From an uncultured Gemmatimonadales bacterium (GTDB taxonomy: Bacteria > Gemmatimonadota > Gemmatimonadetes > Gemmatimonadales > Gemmatimonadaceae): 64,000 nt of DNA. The DNA lies in the NCBI GenBank assembly GCA_963707505.1, contig CAVPQB010000006.1:256001-320000 (forward strand), given 5' to 3'. How positions within the stretch are numbered: the first letter of the stretch is position 1; the number at the start of each line of letters is the position of its first letter. The translations under genes were made by a program, and so were the position numbers. The notes beneath the pieces were generated by a model. That model made no database searches. It had not been told where the DNA came from and saw nothing but the letters and a program-made list of their open reading frames with translations. Below are positions 39,872-50,120 of this stretch, piece by piece.

Positions 39872-40750
39872 GCCCTTCCCAAGCTCGCTCTCTACTGTAA
39901 CGTCGCCGCCCAATAGCCGTGCGAGCCGCCGTGATATCGGCAGACCGAGTCCGGTTCCACGATTCATCGAATCACCACGCGGTCCAGCGTTGATCTGCTC
40001 GAACTCTTCGAATATTCGCGCCTGATCATTTTTCCCGATTCCAATTCCGGTATCCGACACCAGAATTGCAACCCATGGACGCGCGGTTGTAACAGATGCA
40101 TCCTGAACCGGCTTAACAGTTGCTGGAATGGATGTGTCGGAAGCCGGAATGATTCTAGTACGCACACTTATCGTTCCCGTATGTGTGTACTTCACGGCAT
40201 TTCCCAACAGATTCAGAATGATCTGACGTAGATGAGTCGGATCGGTCCGAACCCGCGGAAGCACCGAGCTCAGCGCGAGAGATAGATAGAGACTCTTCTC
40301 CGAAACCAGTGGCTCGACCTCGCTCGCAACGTCGAGGATGAACGGCCGCAGATCGATTGGCTCGGAATGAACTTCCAGTCGTCCGGCAGCTATCTTGGCA
40401 AGATCGAGTATCTGGTCAACCAGATGTCGGAGGTGGCTGGCAGACGCCTCGATTCGCTGAACTGGCCCAGCTTGCTTCGGCGTCAACTCCCCATACACAC
40501 CTTCACGCAGCAGGTCCACAAACCCTACTATCGCGTTTAGCGGCGTGCGCAATTCGTGGGATACATTCGCGAGAAACTCACTTTTCATCTTGTTGACGCG
40601 AATCAACTCGGTCGACAGATGCTCGAGCTCTCGGGAGCGCTCCTGAAGCCTGTGCGCCTGGGTACGAAAACGGCGAACAACGAGGACAAAAACGATTGCC
40701 CCGACACCGACGAGCACCCAGCCCAGGCCTGCCGGAATATTATCTAACAC
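39830..40750 (-). CDS. Single-TM sensor histidine kinase
   Basis: SHELRTPL, NLLGNAVK, DTGIG, GTGLGL, GKGSTF. Confidence 0.92.
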   Translation of the reverse strand: MLDNIPAGLGWVLVGVGAIVFVLVVRRFRTQAHRLQERSRELEHLSTELIRVNKMKSEFLANVSHELRTPLNAIVGFVDLLREGVYGELTPKQAGPVQRIEASASHLRHLVDQILDLAKIAAGRLEVHSEPIDLRPFILDVASEVEPLVSEKSLYLSLALSSVLPRVRTDPTHLRQIILNLLGNAVKYTHTGTISVRTRIIPASDTSIPATVKPVQDASVTTARPWVAILVSDTGIGIGKNDQARIFEEFEQINAGPRGDSMNRGTGLGLPISRRLARLLGGDVTVESELGKGSTFTVWLPGEAAQ

Positions 40751-40798
40751 TGATCAAGCACTGAAGAATCCAAGAGGAGTTCTGTATATTCTTCGCGC

Positions 40799-41356
40799 AT
40801 GACGAAGCATGACGAACTGGTAGAGCTCCTCGCCACGCGATCTGCACGCCTTGGAGAATTTACACTCGCGTCCGGCGCTCGCTCCGATCTCTACATAGAT
40901 GCTCGAATGACTGCGATGAGCCCGGAAGGCCTCGCACTTATTGGCCCCCTGGGAATTGACGAGATCACGAGTGCTGGCTGGACGCCGGATTCCGTCGGTG
41001 GCCTCACACTTGGCGCCGATCCCGTCTCGTACGCCATTGCATATGCGAGCGCCCTGGCCGGCAAACCGATTCGCGCATTCACAGTGCGGAAGGAAGCCAA
41101 GACACACGGAACCGGCAAGCTGATCGAAGGTCCATTCCTGCAATCCGATCGCGTAGTCGTGATCGAAGACGTCATCACGACCGGTGGCTCGGCGCTCAAG
41201 GCGATAGAAGCCGTCAGGAACGCCGGAGCCATGGTCATCGGGGTGTTATCACTCGTAGACCGCGAGGAGGGCGGCCGCGAGCGTATAGAAGCCGCTGGCT
41301 ACCACGTTCGATCCCTTGCCAGGGCGGCCGAAATCGTCACAAGAATGCGCAGCTGA
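40799..41356 (+). CDS. pyrE: Orotate phosphoribosyltransferase
   Basis: FTLASG, VRKEAKTHG, IEDVITTGGS, VDREEGG. Confidence 0.95.
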   Translation: MTKHDELVELLATRSARLGEFTLASGARSDLYIDARMTAMSPEGLALIGPLGIDEITSAGWTPDSVGGLTLGADPVSYAIAYASALAGKPIRAFTVRKEAKTHGTGKLIEGPFLQSDRVVVIEDVITTGGSALKAIEAVRNAGAMVIGVLSLVDREEGGRERIEAAGYHVRSLARAAEIVTRMRS

Positions 41357-41372
41357 TGATCGGCAGCAGTAA

Positions 41373-42266
41373 CTAGGCGCACTTGGATATCCATCCCGGC
41401 TGGGCAGTCACAGGCCGAAATGACCGCAGTGTTGCTACGTGTGGAAGGATCAGCTCCTCCCTGAATTTGCGTAGCATTCTCTCGCCGTCGTATGCTTCAC
41501 GAAACCGCACAGGTGACATGCCGAGCACGCAGCGTACGTGTCTGCTGAATGCCTGGGGAGATGAGTAATCCAGCTTTCGCGCCACGCTTGTAACGGAAAG
41601 TCCAGCGTTCTCGAGTAGTCGCGCCGCTCGCACCAGACGTCCAACGTCGATGTAGCGCTTGGGTGACGGCAGGTTCGCGCGATAGAACCGACTCATCAAC
41701 GTCCCAGGAACAACGTTGAGGTAGCGTCCCATCTGACGGACATTTGCAATGTAGGGCTTGTGGGTGAACAGAAGTTCAAAAAACTTCCAGCAATCAGGCG
41801 CTACTCCAGCAAGATCGAGGTTCAGTGCGCCCAACATCTGGCGTTGTACGTCAGTCGATCGCTCATGGGTCAGGAGATCCCGTAAAGCCGACCACCCAGC
41901 CGGTGAGCGTGCGTCGATCAGGGTCCGCACACCGACCCGACCCAGCTCGAGAACCGAATGCGGAGTCGAGCGCTGCACATCAGTAAGAAGCGCGAATGTC
42001 GGTACAGTCGGAAACTCCCTCACCATTGCCGCCATCCGCGCCGTACTTCCGGTATCGTACCTCGCGACCGACAGAATTACAGCATCTACCTCTTGTGACC
42101 GGACATCGTCGGCCAGTTCATCGACCGAGCCGCGATGCAAGACCTCGAAGGCTCCCTCGGAAGCGACATCCACCCTGATTCGTTCCAACGGTGTAAGCAC
42201 CGTCGCAATTATCGGCGCTCGGGTAGCGACAGACGGGACATGTGTGCGTGGCTTTTCAGACGACAT
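41373..42266 (-). CDS. AraC-family HTH regulator
   Basis: C-terminal SVTSVARKLDYSSPQAFSRHVRCVLGMSP; degenerate receiver-like N-terminus. Confidence 0.8.
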   Translation of the reverse strand: MSSEKPRTHVPSVATRAPIIATVLTPLERIRVDVASEGAFEVLHRGSVDELADDVRSQEVDAVILSVARYDTGSTARMAAMVREFPTVPTFALLTDVQRSTPHSVLELGRVGVRTLIDARSPAGWSALRDLLTHERSTDVQRQMLGALNLDLAGVAPDCWKFFELLFTHKPYIANVRQMGRYLNVVPGTLMSRFYRANLPSPKRYIDVGRLVRAARLLENAGLSVTSVARKLDYSSPQAFSRHVRCVLGMSPVRFREAYDGERMLRKFREELILPHVATLRSFRPVTAQPGWISKCA

Positions 42267-42331
42267 TGACGCATCCTCGGGATGATGTAAACGGAGCGGA
42301 TGTTCGCTCGCGAGCACGATCATATAGCAGC

Positions 42332-42372
42332 ACATCATCACGACATCATCGTTGCATCACCGCTGGATCATC
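42332..42372. promoter_or_regulatory. Four direct repeats at 11-bp period, candidate operator
   Basis: acatcatc 42332, acatcatc 42343, gcatcacc 42354, ggatcatc 42365. Confidence 0.5.
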
Positions 42373-42404
42373 ACACGGCATTCAATGAGTCCGTTAGATT
42401 CAGG

Positions 42405-42797
42405 GAGTGCCACCGGCTGGGCGGTCGCGAAATAGTATCTCAATGGTACTATTCCGAGGAAAGTCCGGGCTCCATGGACACACTGCCAGGTAACACCTGG
42501 GCACGAGGCGGTCAAACGCCAAGTGACGGACAGTGCAACAGAAAACAAACCGCCGGCGGGAAACCATCGGTAAGGGTGAAACGGCGAGGTAAGAGCTCAC
42601 CGCGTACGTGGTAACACGTACGGCTTGGCAAACCCCAGTGGGAGCAAGGCCAAATAGGCGGCGAAGGGTGTCCACCCTGACAAAGACGCCGCGGGTAGGC
42701 TGCTGGAACGCGTGGGTGACTACGCGTCGAGAGAAATGACCGTCAGCCAGTCGAAAGGCTTGGCTTACAGAACCCGGCTTATAGGCCGGTGGCACCT
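42405..42797 (+). ncRNA. rnpB: RNase P RNA (class A)
   Basis: GAGGAAAGTCCGGGCTCC, AGTGCAACAGAAA, GGTAAGAGCTCACCG, ACAGAACCCGGCTTATA; P1 gtgccaccgg/ccggtggcac; TAGATT -10 at 42395. Confidence 0.97.
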
Positions 42798-42815
42798 CTC
42801 GCACTTCAAGGTCCG

Positions 42816-43613
42816 ATGATGAAACTGAGCGGGATGGCGAGCATATTGGGCACCGTGTTCATGGCTGCATGCGTGTCCGCTCCGCCAGCAATTGAGCCAA
42901 CACCAGCAAACAGGCCTGAAGTCAATCCGGCTCAGCCGAAGTCGCAACCCGCGCCAACAGCTCCCGCACTTCCAGCACGCATGTCACGAGGTGGCCCGTG
43001 GAGTTTCACGTACGCGCCAGGGACTTACGCATACACGATCGTTACCGACGCTGTCATTGCACTGGCTCTCGATACGACACAGAAACGGCAGATTCCAGAG
43101 CTGAGTCAGAAAGCAACGATCTCTCTTTCCGCGTCGGGCGACTTACAGGTAGTAGATCCAGTTCCTGGTACTACCGCGTTGTGTGACAGCAGCTCTGCGT
43201 TGATAACACGCGCCCAGGAACTCATCTCAAAGTTGCCCAATCAGCTGGCAGTCGGCGATCGGTGGCGGGACTCAACAACTACGACAGGGTGCAGGGGGAC
43301 CATTCCAGCCGAGTCAACCGTAATCAGTAATTACATCGTCGTTGGAGACACAGCTTTCGCAAATACTGTAGCGCTTCAGATACATCGTACAGATTCCCTA
43401 TCCGCAACCGGCGAGGGGACTGAAGGGCAACATCGAATCATCGTTACCGCAACTGGAACTGGCGGAATGGATCTCTTCCTGGACACTGCCGCCGGCAGAT
43501 TGCTTGGCTCCCGTGGACTTCAGACCAGTCTCGTGAATATCACTACGTCAGGAAAGCTGACGCAGTTCATTCAACACGTTACCGAAACAGCGACCATCGC
43601 CGGTCTTCGGTAA
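42816..43613 (+). CDS. Hypothetical lipoprotein
   Basis: MAAC lipobox, Pro-rich linker, Thr-rich beta domain. Confidence 0.7.
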   Translation: MMKLSGMASILGTVFMAACVSAPPAIEPTPANRPEVNPAQPKSQPAPTAPALPARMSRGGPWSFTYAPGTYAYTIVTDAVIALALDTTQKRQIPELSQKATISLSASGDLQVVDPVPGTTALCDSSSALITRAQELISKLPNQLAVGDRWRDSTTTTGCRGTIPAESTVISNYIVVGDTAFANTVALQIHRTDSLSATGEGTEGQHRIIVTATGTGGMDLFLDTAAGRLLGSRGLQTSLVNITTSGKLTQFIQHVTETATIAGLR

Positions 43614-43616
43614 GAC

Positions 43617-44729
43617 TCAATCCATCAATCGTAGCGGCATTACGAGGCACATATACGTCGCCGGATCGGTCCAGCCTTCTGGTTCAATCGTGGCGGCGCG
43701 CTCTGGTGCTTTGAACGTGAGCTTGATCTCATCAGTCGGCATGAAGCGCAGGATCTCGAGCAGATAGCTTGCGTTGAATCCAATCTCCAACTGATCACCG
43801 TCGTAGCGAATCGGAAGTTCATCCTGTGCTTCGCCGAGATCCGGAGTCGTAACGCTGAACTTGAGCATTCCGGAATTGAAGGCCATGCGGATTCTGTGCG
43901 TCTGATCGCTGGCGATCACTGACATGCGCTTCAGCGCACTGATCAACGCATTCTTGTCGGCTATGGCGTACTTGTCGTTGTCGCGAGGAATTACCTGATC
44001 GTAGTTGGGGTAGGGCCCTTCGATCAGGCGCGTGTATACGGCAGTGAGTGGTGAGCGAAAACCGATGTGATTCTCTCCACGTGCAACTTCCAGTTCCTCT
44101 TCAGCTGGAAAAAGACGGCGTACCTGCTCCAACGCCTTCGGTGGAACAATCAGATCGCTAGCCGGCGCGCTACTCGCAACAATCGGGGTTTCCATCTTCG
44201 CGAGACGATGACCGTTGGTGGCAACCATCCGCATCTGCTCCGGGCGAAGCTCCCAGAGCACACCATTCAGGATCGGTCGGCTCTCCTCAGTTGAAACAGC
44301 AAATACGGTCGCACCGATGAGCTTCTGAAGATCACCTGACTTGATACGCCAGCTCTCGTTGAAACGAACAACGGGAAAAGTCGGAAATTCATCTCTCGGA
44401 AGGCCGAGCAATTTGAATTTCGATCGACCGCACTCGAGTGTGATCCGCTGCTCGCCGAGAGCTGCAATTTTCACTGGCGCAGGCGGTAACTCACGGGCGA
44501 GCTCGCTCAGTTTTTTCGCTGGAATCGTAACAGCACCCGAAGCTTCGACGTCAGCCGCGACTTCGGTGCTCACGGCTATATCCAGATCGGTCCCAGAAAG
44601 CCTTATACCGCGGTCAGTTGTCTCGACCAGGATATTCGCCAGAACCGGGAGAGTTGTCTTCGTGGGAATGCTTGCCGAGACGGCATTGAGGCCTTCCTGA
44701 AGCTTCTCACGAGAGATCGTAAAGCGCAT
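43617..44729 (-). CDS. dnaN: DNA polymerase III beta clamp
   Basis: LPVLANIL, TDLD, SRPILNG, ATNGHRLA, LIEGPYPNY, VMPLR. Confidence 0.98.
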   Translation of the reverse strand: MRFTISREKLQEGLNAVSASIPTKTTLPVLANILVETTDRGIRLSGTDLDIAVSTEVAADVEASGAVTIPAKKLSELARELPPAPVKIAALGEQRITLECGRSKFKLLGLPRDEFPTFPVVRFNESWRIKSGDLQKLIGATVFAVSTEESRPILNGVLWELRPEQMRMVATNGHRLAKMETPIVASSAPASDLIVPPKALEQVRRLFPAEEELEVARGENHIGFRSPLTAVYTRLIEGPYPNYDQVIPRDNDKYAIADKNALISALKRMSVIASDQTHRIRMAFNSGMLKFSVTTPDLGEAQDELPIRYDGDQLEIGFNASYLLEILRFMPTDEIKLTFKAPERAATIEPEGWTDPATYMCLVMPLRLMD

Positions 44730-45027
44730 CCGTATTCCCTGACGTCCGAGGAGGAGAGTAAACGTACCATGTCGCTTGTCCGGGGTCTTCGTGTGGAAGA
44801 CTCGCCGGCTCTAATACAGCCTAAATGATATAGAAATCTAGCAGTCGTAGTAGAGGAGTGTTCAGAAGCGGATAAGCTCTGTAAGTATCGATTCCATATG
44901 GAGTTCCAGCGATATGACGCTGTGGAACACTGGTGGAGAACATTTGATTTCAACAATTGTCAACATCGAACCTTTCCAACTAACGGCTTCGTGTCTTGAT
45001 ATAAGTGGATAAGTGGCAAGCGTTTGT
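44730..45027. other. Probable oriC (dnaA-dnaN intergenic)
   Basis: AT-rich; degenerate DnaA boxes (tgttcagaa, agcggataa, tgtggaaca, agtggataa); TAG-CAG-TCG-TAG-TAG trio-like run 44839-44853. Confidence 0.75.
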
Positions 45028-46431
45028 TCATATCCTGAGAGATGCCAACAGTCCACGAATCCGACTGATTCTCGTTCCCGTACCTGCGTCTGCGGCGATC
45101 ATCTCGGTGACTTTATCCAGGCTATGAATTACGGTCGAATGGTCTCTACCTCCGAAAGCCGCGCCAATCTCTACAAGCTGCATGCCGAGAAGGTCACGCG
45201 TCAGGTACATCGCAATCTGCCTGGGCACCGTGAGTGCCTTGGTTCGCGTCTTCGACCGCAATCCGTCGACTGTGGTTCCCCACTCCTTTGCAACAGCAAC
45301 CTGAATTGCGCTGACTGTAAGACCAAGTGGCTCTGTATCAGCCGTTATGCTCTCGGAAGCTTTGAGCTTGTCCCGTAAGGCTTCCTTGGCAACCTCGACG
45401 CTTACCGGTTTGTGTCGGAGCGACGCATAAGCCAGGAGCTTGATAATGGACCCTTCGAGCTCGCGAACACTCGACCGCACGTGCTCGGCGATAAAGCGGA
45501 TAACATCATCCGGGATCGTGGTTTCGAGATCATCCTGTTGAGATTTTTGCTGAAGGATCGCGATTCTGTGCTCGAAATCGGGAAGCTCGATATCAGCGAC
45601 CATACCCCACTGGAATCGGCTTACAAGTCTGGCCTCGAGTCCCGCTATGTCAGACGGAGGACGATCGCTCGTGAGGATTATCTGACGACCGGCCTCGTAA
45701 AGGGCGTTGAACGTGTGAAAGAACTCCTCCTGAGTGCCCTCCTTTCCCTTCAGGAAGTGCACGTCGTCGATGAGAAGAAGATCGGTCTCGCGATAACGGC
45801 GCCGGAACTCGTGATTGGTCCGAGTCTGGATTGCGTTGACCATTTCGTTGGTGAACTGCTCGGTGCCGACGAAGGTGATGCGGGTGGAAGGATCGCGTTC
45901 GTAGATAGCATGCCCCACCGCCTGCATGAGATGGGTCTTTCCGAGGCCGGTATCGCCGTAGATGAAAAACGGGTTGTAGATCTTTCCGGGCGCCTCAGCG
46001 ATTGCGTGTGCGGCAGCAGCAGCGAGCTCGTTCGATTTGCCGATTACAAATTGCGCGAACGTGTATCTATCGTTAAGTGGCGCCTCGGTGGCGCGTTGAG
46101 GTCGCGATCGTGTCGCAGTTTCTTCGGGCTTTGGGGCCACGAAGAAGTCCATTTGAGGGCGAGCCTGTCGCTCTTCGTTGACGCGGAATGCGACTTTGAT
46201 TGGATGGCCGAGGGCAACTGGTCCAAACGAGCTCAGCAAGGCTGCGTGTTTTGACTCGTTCCAATCAGCTGCGAAGCGGTCGGGGGCTCCGACTACGAGT
46301 GTATCGCCGATTATTTCGAGAGCTTCGGTCGGTTCGAGCCAGGTTTTGAAGGTTTGTTCGGGCAACTCGCGCCGAGCGCGCTCCAGAAGGCGTGACCAGA
46401 TTTCGGCGGGGAGAAGATCGAGCGATTCCAT
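45028..46431 (-). CDS. dnaA: Chromosomal replication initiator DnaA
   Basis: YNPFFIYGDTGLGKTHL, QEEFFHTFN, RELEG, GGRDHSTV. Confidence 0.99.
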   Translation of the reverse strand: MESLDLLPAEIWSRLLERARRELPEQTFKTWLEPTEALEIIGDTLVVGAPDRFAADWNESKHAALLSSFGPVALGHPIKVAFRVNEERQARPQMDFFVAPKPEETATRSRPQRATEAPLNDRYTFAQFVIGKSNELAAAAAHAIAEAPGKIYNPFFIYGDTGLGKTHLMQAVGHAIYERDPSTRITFVGTEQFTNEMVNAIQTRTNHEFRRRYRETDLLLIDDVHFLKGKEGTQEEFFHTFNALYEAGRQIILTSDRPPSDIAGLEARLVSRFQWGMVADIELPDFEHRIAILQQKSQQDDLETTIPDDVIRFIAEHVRSSVRELEGSIIKLLAYASLRHKPVSVEVAKEALRDKLKASESITADTEPLGLTVSAIQVAVAKEWGTTVDGLRSKTRTKALTVPRQIAMYLTRDLLGMQLVEIGAAFGGRDHSTVIHSLDKVTEMIAADAGTGTRISRIRGLLASLRI

Positions 46432-46460
46432 ATGGTGGGGAGGCGAAGCTACGGAACGAA

Positions 46461-46469
46461 TGTGGATAA
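46461..46469 (-). promoter_or_regulatory. Perfect DnaA box upstream of dnaA
   Basis: TGTGGATAA about 30 nt before the dnaA start. Confidence 0.8.
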
Positions 46470-46609
46470 GTCAATCACCGGCGTTCAAGGGTCTGGATCC
46501 ATGGTGAGCCGGCACATTTACGCTATTGTTGCATCTTGTTGCCGCCATTAGATTTAACGGTCTTTCGCTAAAGTTGTTCAAGAGCCGTTTAGAGCACTGA
46601 GGATCATAT

Positions 46610-46774
46610 ATGGGTAAGCCGACTTATCGTCCGCGTAATAAGCGCCGGATCAAGACGCATGGGTTTCGCGAGCGTATGTCAACGCGTTGGGGACGTGAAG
46701 TACTCGCGCGTCGTCGCAAGAAGGGTCGCAAGCGCCTGACGGTTCAGTTGCCGTCGAAGTACTCTGGCGCGTAA
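46610..46774 (+). CDS. rpmH: 50S ribosomal protein L34 (not in ORF track)
   Basis: [54 protein letters not shown]; gagga SD. Confidence 0.97.
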   Translation: MGKPTYRPRNKRRIKTHGFRERMSTRWGREVLARRRKKGRKRLTVQLPSKYSGA

Positions 46775-46881
46775 GCAAGCGAAGTACGCAGCCGGCTGAC
46801 AGGTCGCAGCACGCACCTGCAGACGAGGCGGGAGGGAGGGGTCTTCGGCTTTCGAACTCAACGGCACAACCAACGTCGCAT

Positions 46882-47223
46882 TTGAGGTTTTCGCGCGCGC
46901 AGCGTTTATCGCGCGCGCCGGATATCGAGTCCGTCAGGCGAACGGGGAAGCGGGTGAAGTCTGGACTGCTGGACGTCCGGGTCACTGCTTCCCCGTCTTC
47001 GTGTGCGCGGGTTGGGATCATTGTGCCGAAGTATGGGCACATCATTGTCGATCGGAACCGGCTTCGGCGGCGCATACGGGAGATAGTGCGTGTGCACGTG
47101 CTTCCGGTGCTGTTGTCGGTGCCGCCGACGGACGTGCTGATCCGCGCGCTTCCGCGGGCCTATTCGGCTAGCTTTGAGGTGCTGGAGCGGGAGATAGATG
47201 GGATTGTCGCACGAATCACATGA
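46882..47223 (+). CDS. rnpA: RNase P protein component
   Basis: [18 protein letters not shown]; position after rpmH. Confidence 0.93.
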   Translation: MRFSRAQRLSRAPDIESVRRTGKRVKSGLLDVRVTASPSSCARVGIIVPKYGHIIVDRNRLRRRIREIVRVHVLPVLLSVPPTDVLIRALPRAYSASFEVLEREIDGIVARIT

Positions 47224-47296
47224 CGGTCAGGAGGCGAATGCGCATCTTCACGAGCATCCGTCCGATGGCCATCATGGACTGAAGAAAGATCGAGCT

Positions 47297-47530
47297 TTGA
47301 CGGATCGCAGGCGGTCTGTGGCAATGTGGATGCTACGCGGACCGATCCGATTCTATCAGCTCGCCATATCGCCAATGACGCCGTCCGTATGTCGTTACTA
47401 TCCCAGTTGCTCCAATTATGCGATCGAGGCCATCGACAAGTACGGTGCCTTGAAAGGCGGGTGGCTGGCGATACGGCGCATACTGAGATGTCATCCTTTT
47501 CGGCCGGGCGGCTTCGATCCGGTCCCTTGA
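47297..47530 (+). CDS. yidD: Membrane protein insertion efficiency factor
   Basis: [25 protein letters not shown]; start uncertain. Confidence 0.93.
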   Translation: MTDRRRSVAMWMLRGPIRFYQLAISPMTPSVCRYYPSCSNYAIEAIDKYGALKGGWLAIRRILRCHPFRPGGFDPVP

Positions 47531-47544
47531 GCTCGCACTGATTC

Positions 47545-49306
47545 ATGGATACAAGCAAGCGAATCGTTCTCGCCATCGTACTGGCCCTGGCGGTCATCTT
47601 TGGAATGCAGTTTCTATTTCCCCAGAAACCTCAGCCCAAGCCAGTTAGTAGCGCCGACAGCGCTGCGGTACACAATTCGGCAGAGAGCGCAAAGGTAAGC
47701 GCCAACACGCCGAGGATCGATTCGACAAAGGCTGCAGCGGTAATTCCTGGAGCGGCCGCTCAATCGGTTCCAGCCACAGCTGCCGAAACAACGATTGTTG
47801 CGCCTGTCGCTGCGCGGCGGGATAGTGGCGCGACCTTCGAAATGAGCAACGTTGGGGCTGCGCCTGGTGCGGTGGTGATGAATACGTACGCTAACCGTGT
47901 CGGTGGCAGCAACGGCGCGAAGGTGCGACTGGGCTCCGCGGGCAATCCGGTGCTTAAGTACCAATTAGTTACTAATGGTGGCCAGCCGACCGATCTATCT
48001 GGAACTGCATTTCAGACGACACGGTCCGGGGACGTTGTCACGTACACTGCGGACGTGGGTGGCTCGACAGTCGCGATCAATTACGCGATAGTGCCGGACA
48101 GCTTTGTATCGCATGTCACTGGTTCTGTGAGTGGCGCGAAGTCGGGGAGCTATCTCGTCGTTACGCTGCCGCAGACTTTTGCGGCGACGGAGCCGGACAC
48201 GAACGACGACCGCAACTCGCTTGCGTTCGCATTCCTCACCAAGCGTGAAGCTGCGCGGAACGTCTCGTTCCATTCGCTCGATCCTGGCGAGAAGCAGCTG
48301 GTAGAAGGGCCGGTGACGTGGATCGTGGCCAAGTCGAAGTATTTCGTTGTCGGGACTGCTGGCACCGAAGAATGGGCCGGAATTTACCGAGGCAACGCTC
48401 ATCGGCGGGCCGCGCACGACCAAGGTCGCGACGCGCGCTACGGGAACGGTGGTGATACCGATAGCGAATGGTGCGTTCGCGTTCGACATGTATGCGGGCC
48501 CGCAGGAGTGGAAGAAGCTCAACGCACTTGGCCGCGACTTCGATCAGGTGAATCCGTACGGATGGGCGTTCGTGCGGCCGCTGATGCAACCGATTGCGAC
48601 ATCGGTGATTCGTCTGGTGCTGTGGATGCACAGCGCGCTCAATCTGAGCTATGGACTGGTTCTCATCGCGCTCGGGCTTCTAATCCGGTTGTTGATGTGG
48701 CCGTTGTATCAGACATCGATGAAGACGTCGATCAAGATGCAGATCCTGCAGCCGGAGCTGACGGCGGTGCAGGACAAGTTCAAGGACGATCCGGAGAAGC
48801 AGCGGACTGAAATCATGAAGGTGTACCAGAGCCACGGGATGAATCCGCTCTCGCCGTTGCTCGGGTGTCTTCCTTCGCTGTTGCCGATGCCGATTCTGCT
48901 CGCGCTGTTCTTCGTGTTCAGGAACACGATCGAATTTCGCGGAGTTCCGTTCTGGTGGATGAGCGATCTATCGGTGCGGGATCCGTACTACATCCTTCCG
49001 TTGCTGATGGGTGCGTCGATGTATCTCATCTCGTGGATGGGAATGCGGAACACGCCGCCGAATCCGCAGGCGAAGATGATGAGCTACATAATGCCGGCGA
49101 TGTTCACGCTCTTCCTTTACAGGGAGGCAGCTGGACTCAACCTGTATTACGCGACGCAGAACCTTGCGACTCTGCCGCAGCAGTGGCATCTGTCGCGTAC
49201 GCGCGGGATGAGCAAGCCAAAGACTGGTGCGGCGGCCAAGGAAGTCGCAGCACCGTCGGCGCCGCCGGCGGCGAAGGGAAAGGCAAAGGCAAAGGATAAG
49301 GGGTAG
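47545..49306 (+). CDS. yidC: Membrane protein insertase YidC, apparent +1 frameshift at GGG 48352-48354
   Basis: Removing one G gives SKYFVVGLLAP and joins the two ORFs; GCLP, DLSVRDPYYILP, GLNLYY. Confidence 0.93.
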
Positions 49307-49340
49307 CATCGATCGGCGCGTGGTTGATGTAGGTTAAGGG

Positions 49341-50120
49341 ATGCGGATCACGTACATCGGGCATGCGACTCTGCTGATCGAGATCGGTGGGAAGAAGATT
49401 CTCACCGACCCCAATTTCGATCCAGCGCTGGGGCGATTTCTGGCTCGGGTGAGTGCGCCGGGGATTGCAATCGACAAGCTGCCGAAGCTGGACATGATTC
49501 TGCTGACGCACGCACATGCTGATCACCTGTCGTTCCGGTCGCTGGCGGAGATTCAGCGCGTGCCGTTATATGCCCCACCTGCCGTTGCGCGGTGGATCCG
49601 CAAGCATGGTGTGACAAACGCAATCGAACTGGGGCCTGGCGAGTCGCTTACGAGCGGCAGCCTCACGGTGCACGTGGAAGCGGCGACGCATGCTGGTAAC
49701 CGGTACGTGATAGATCGGTGGCGCAAGCAAGCTAATATGTATCTAATTGCTACTAATTATGAGAGCGTGTTCTTCGCTGGCGATACTGCGCTTACGGAGA
49801 ATACGACTGCGCTCGTGGAGCGAGAGCAGAAGGGGCGCCAGCTGGACGTCGCGCTGCTCCCGATTGGGTACGCACCAGCGTGGAAGGCCGAGAGCTTCAA
49901 TAGAGGCCATCTTACGAGCCTGGGCGCGCTAACGCTGTTCGAGCGATTAGGCGCACGGTATCTGATTCCGTACCACTGGGGGACGTTCAACCATGTGACT
50001 GCGTCGGCGTACGACGCGATAGGTGAAATGCGGGAGCACGTCAGGACACACGCGCGTGGCACCGACGTGCGCATTCTCGAGCCCGGTGAGTCCCTACAAG
50101 TGCCGTCGCTGTCTGCTTGA
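49341..50120 (+). CDS. Metallo-beta-lactamase-fold hydrolase
   Basis: GHAT, TDP, THAHADH, AGDT, PYHWGTF. Confidence 0.9.
   Translation: MRITYIGHATLLIEIGGKKILTDPNFDPALGRFLARVSAPGIAIDKLPKLDMILLTHAHADHLSFRSLAEIQRVPLYAPPAVARWIRKHGVTNAIELGPGESLTSGSLTVHVEAATHAGNRYVIDRWRKQANMYLIATNYESVFFAGDTALTENTTALVEREQKGRQLDVALLPIGYAPAWKAESFNRGHLTSLGALTLFERLGARYLIPYHWGTFNHVTASAYDAIGEMREHVRTHARGTDVRILEPGESLQVPSLSA

Noticed and set aside
42400..42804. 134-aa minus-strand ORF
   Set aside because: Antisense to rnpB, a common spurious call
45412..46254. 280-aa ORF opposite dnaA
   Set aside because: Antisense shadow frame of a conserved gene
47545..49306. Genuinely split yidC or programmed frameshift
   Set aside because: A single extra G in a GGG run, no slippery motif, and the same error type recurs elsewhere
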